Positions 50,583 through 52,672 of a DNA stretch of 52,672 bases are shown here, one piece after another. The stretch covers positions 155,942 through 208,613 of the forward strand of contig NW_003314264.1 of the NCBI RefSeq assembly GCF_000143415.4, in the 5' to 3' direction. The notes under the pieces were generated by a model. It saw only the letters and a list, made by a program, of their open reading frames with translations. It searched no databases and was not told the DNA's origin. The first letter of the stretch is position 1. Every line of letters begins with the position of its first letter. A program made the position numbers and the translations under genes. Source of the DNA: Selaginella moellendorffii (Eukaryota; Plantae; Lycopodiophyta).

Positions 50583-52672
50583 TGTAAATAACTAAATTTT
50601 CCATTCTACTTTAGTCACTTAACCACACCTTCAACCATTTAAAGGAGCCTCACTCACAACCTCCATAAGTCTTATTCTAGACATAGGGACTTGCTAGCCT
50701 CATGAATAGTATCTATACCACTTAGCCATTACACTTGGTGCAAGTACTCTACATATCTAATCCCATAATCGACCCTCCTAAAGGTACTATCGACATATCA
50801 ATTTGTTATGCTAAAGCTATGTCTATTTACTCTTGTCTTATTGGTAGTCTTAGACCATTCATGCCATAATCTAGTCTGTAAAATACTAGGCCAACCATTC
50901 ATGAGTGGTCATTCCAGAACCACTCTTTAGCATCTTTAAGATGCCCAGAGACATGGGGAAAAACCTTCCCCAACATCCCTTTTTCGGTCCCCACCAAGTC
51001 CCTCTTTATCCCCAGCCATGTTCACCAATAATGCCACTGGGTTAGAGCCCAAATGCCTAGCCACTACGTCCCATTGATCTCTAGGACTTTGTTACCACCT
51101 GATTGCATCCTTGGTCACTACATAAGAGGATTGCTCCTCTTCCTTTACACAGTCTAGGACTTTAGGACAACATTTCGAAACACTATGGCCCTATACATAC
51201 CTCGTGGGTACTCTCTCCACCTTTCACCTTTGGGTGCGCTAGTCATATGGCTAGAATGAGGTTTCAATAAGCCACACCAGGTATCTAAGTAGGTAGTGCC
51301 ACCCACACTTGAATTGGGTGCATTGACTATTCAATCTCCGGGGAGCTAAAGCCCACTCTTAAACACTTCACCAAGTTACCCCACTTATCTATTTATTTTC
51401 ACTCTAGCCTTGAACTCCTTAATGGTTATAACATCACCCACCATATGGTATAGCCTTCCTTGGCCATACTGACCTTTCCTAACCAAACTGGCTCCACTAT
51501 AGTCCTCTCCCTACTATACTTTTGGAGCTCACCAAATTCCCTAGGGTTTGAGAGATGATTGCTGTGGGCTTTCACCCTTAGACTTAGACTTAGACTTGGA
51601 CTCGCACTCGAACTCGGATTCGAACTTAGACTCGAACTTGGACTCGGTCTCAGATTCGGTCTTAGACTTGATCTCGGACTCGGTCTCGGTCTTGGTCTCA
51701 GCCTCAACCTTGAACTCCATCTTAGGTCTAGCTTAGACTCAACCCTCAAACTTGGACTTGGTCTCAGACTCTATCTCGGACTTTGTCTTGGTCTCGGTCT
51801 TAGTCTTGGTCTCTTTCTCAGCCTCGATCTTAGACTCCATATTAAGTCCATCTTGGACTCAACCTTGGACTTCATCTTGAGTCCATCTTGAACTCCATTT
51901 TAGACTGCATCTCAGGTCCATATTAGACTGCATCTCGGGTCCATATTGGACTCCATCTCAGCCTCCATCTTGAACTCCATCTCAAGTCCATATCACATCT
52001 ATCTTAGGTCCATATTGGACTCCACCTCAGGTCCATATCAGATTCTCTTTCAGACTTCTTAGACTCCATCTCAAACTCCTTCTTGAACTCCTTTTTGGAT
52101 TCATTCCTAACACTTCCATGTGTCATGACACTTACCATGTGTTAGTCCTTCTTGTGTCCCTTTTTAGAGACTCATTCACTGATTGCTTTATGCTCATCCC
52201 TCAAGCACTTCATTCAGAATTCCACTCCCACTCTCAACTTTCCAAGGCAGAGCCTTTAGTTTAAACATGTTATATTTGTTGGACTTCTACTCCAAACACT
52301 ACCATGTGGCACCCTTTCTACTCCACTTTAGGGGTTAAGGATTTACCTACATACAAAGTTCAATGTCCTCATCGAACGATAAACTATTTTATAAAGTATG
52401 TCTATCATGGATTACCATTTTTCATCTTTGGCACTTAGCCAATATTTGTTAATGGTTCAACACCAAAAGCTCACCATGCTTGCCCATCTTTTAAGGAGCA
52501 TAATCTCTCTAACTTAGAGACCCATTATACCACTCATGGTGGTCCTTCCCCTTTTATTCGTTCAGTTTAGGCTAAATTTGTTAGAGACACCTTCTCTATT
52601 TCAATTTCACAATTCATTCAGTCTTGGTTTCTACCAGCATACTTATCACATTCTAGAACTTTAATATTGACA
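50583..52672 (-). mobile_element. Older family A element: 3' LTR (~50583-52345) plus internal sequence running off the window
   Basis: Colinear with 41265-43560 but heavily mutated; ~20-bp deletion removes the LTR terminus and PPT. Confidence 0.88.

Overview
Plant-type (inferred from tRNA-iMet PBS motifs and Ty3/gypsy lineages), gene-free, nested LTR-retrotransposon cluster. No intact host gene is visible. The window is dominated by one non-autonomous LTR family (called family A here). It has three young full-length copies with exact 5-bp TSDs (11726-19295 +, 29954-37608 +, 41265-49282 -), three solo LTRs and one older truncated copy. Family A has 1.7-2.0 kb LTRs carrying a hypervariable CCGAG-core tandem array, and a ~4.1 kb internal domain with no gag/pol. 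By eye, that domain is a near-continuous chain of short stem-loops and includes two tandem tRNA T-arm/B-box motifs. These copies sit in decayed Ty3/gypsy elements (one non-chromoviral, one chromovirus-like) and in related LTR families B and C. A 640-bp TRIM, a probable MITE and a 455-N gap are also present. The long ORFs in the ORF track are artefacts of the tandem array. All structure calls were made by eye; no folding or database search was run.
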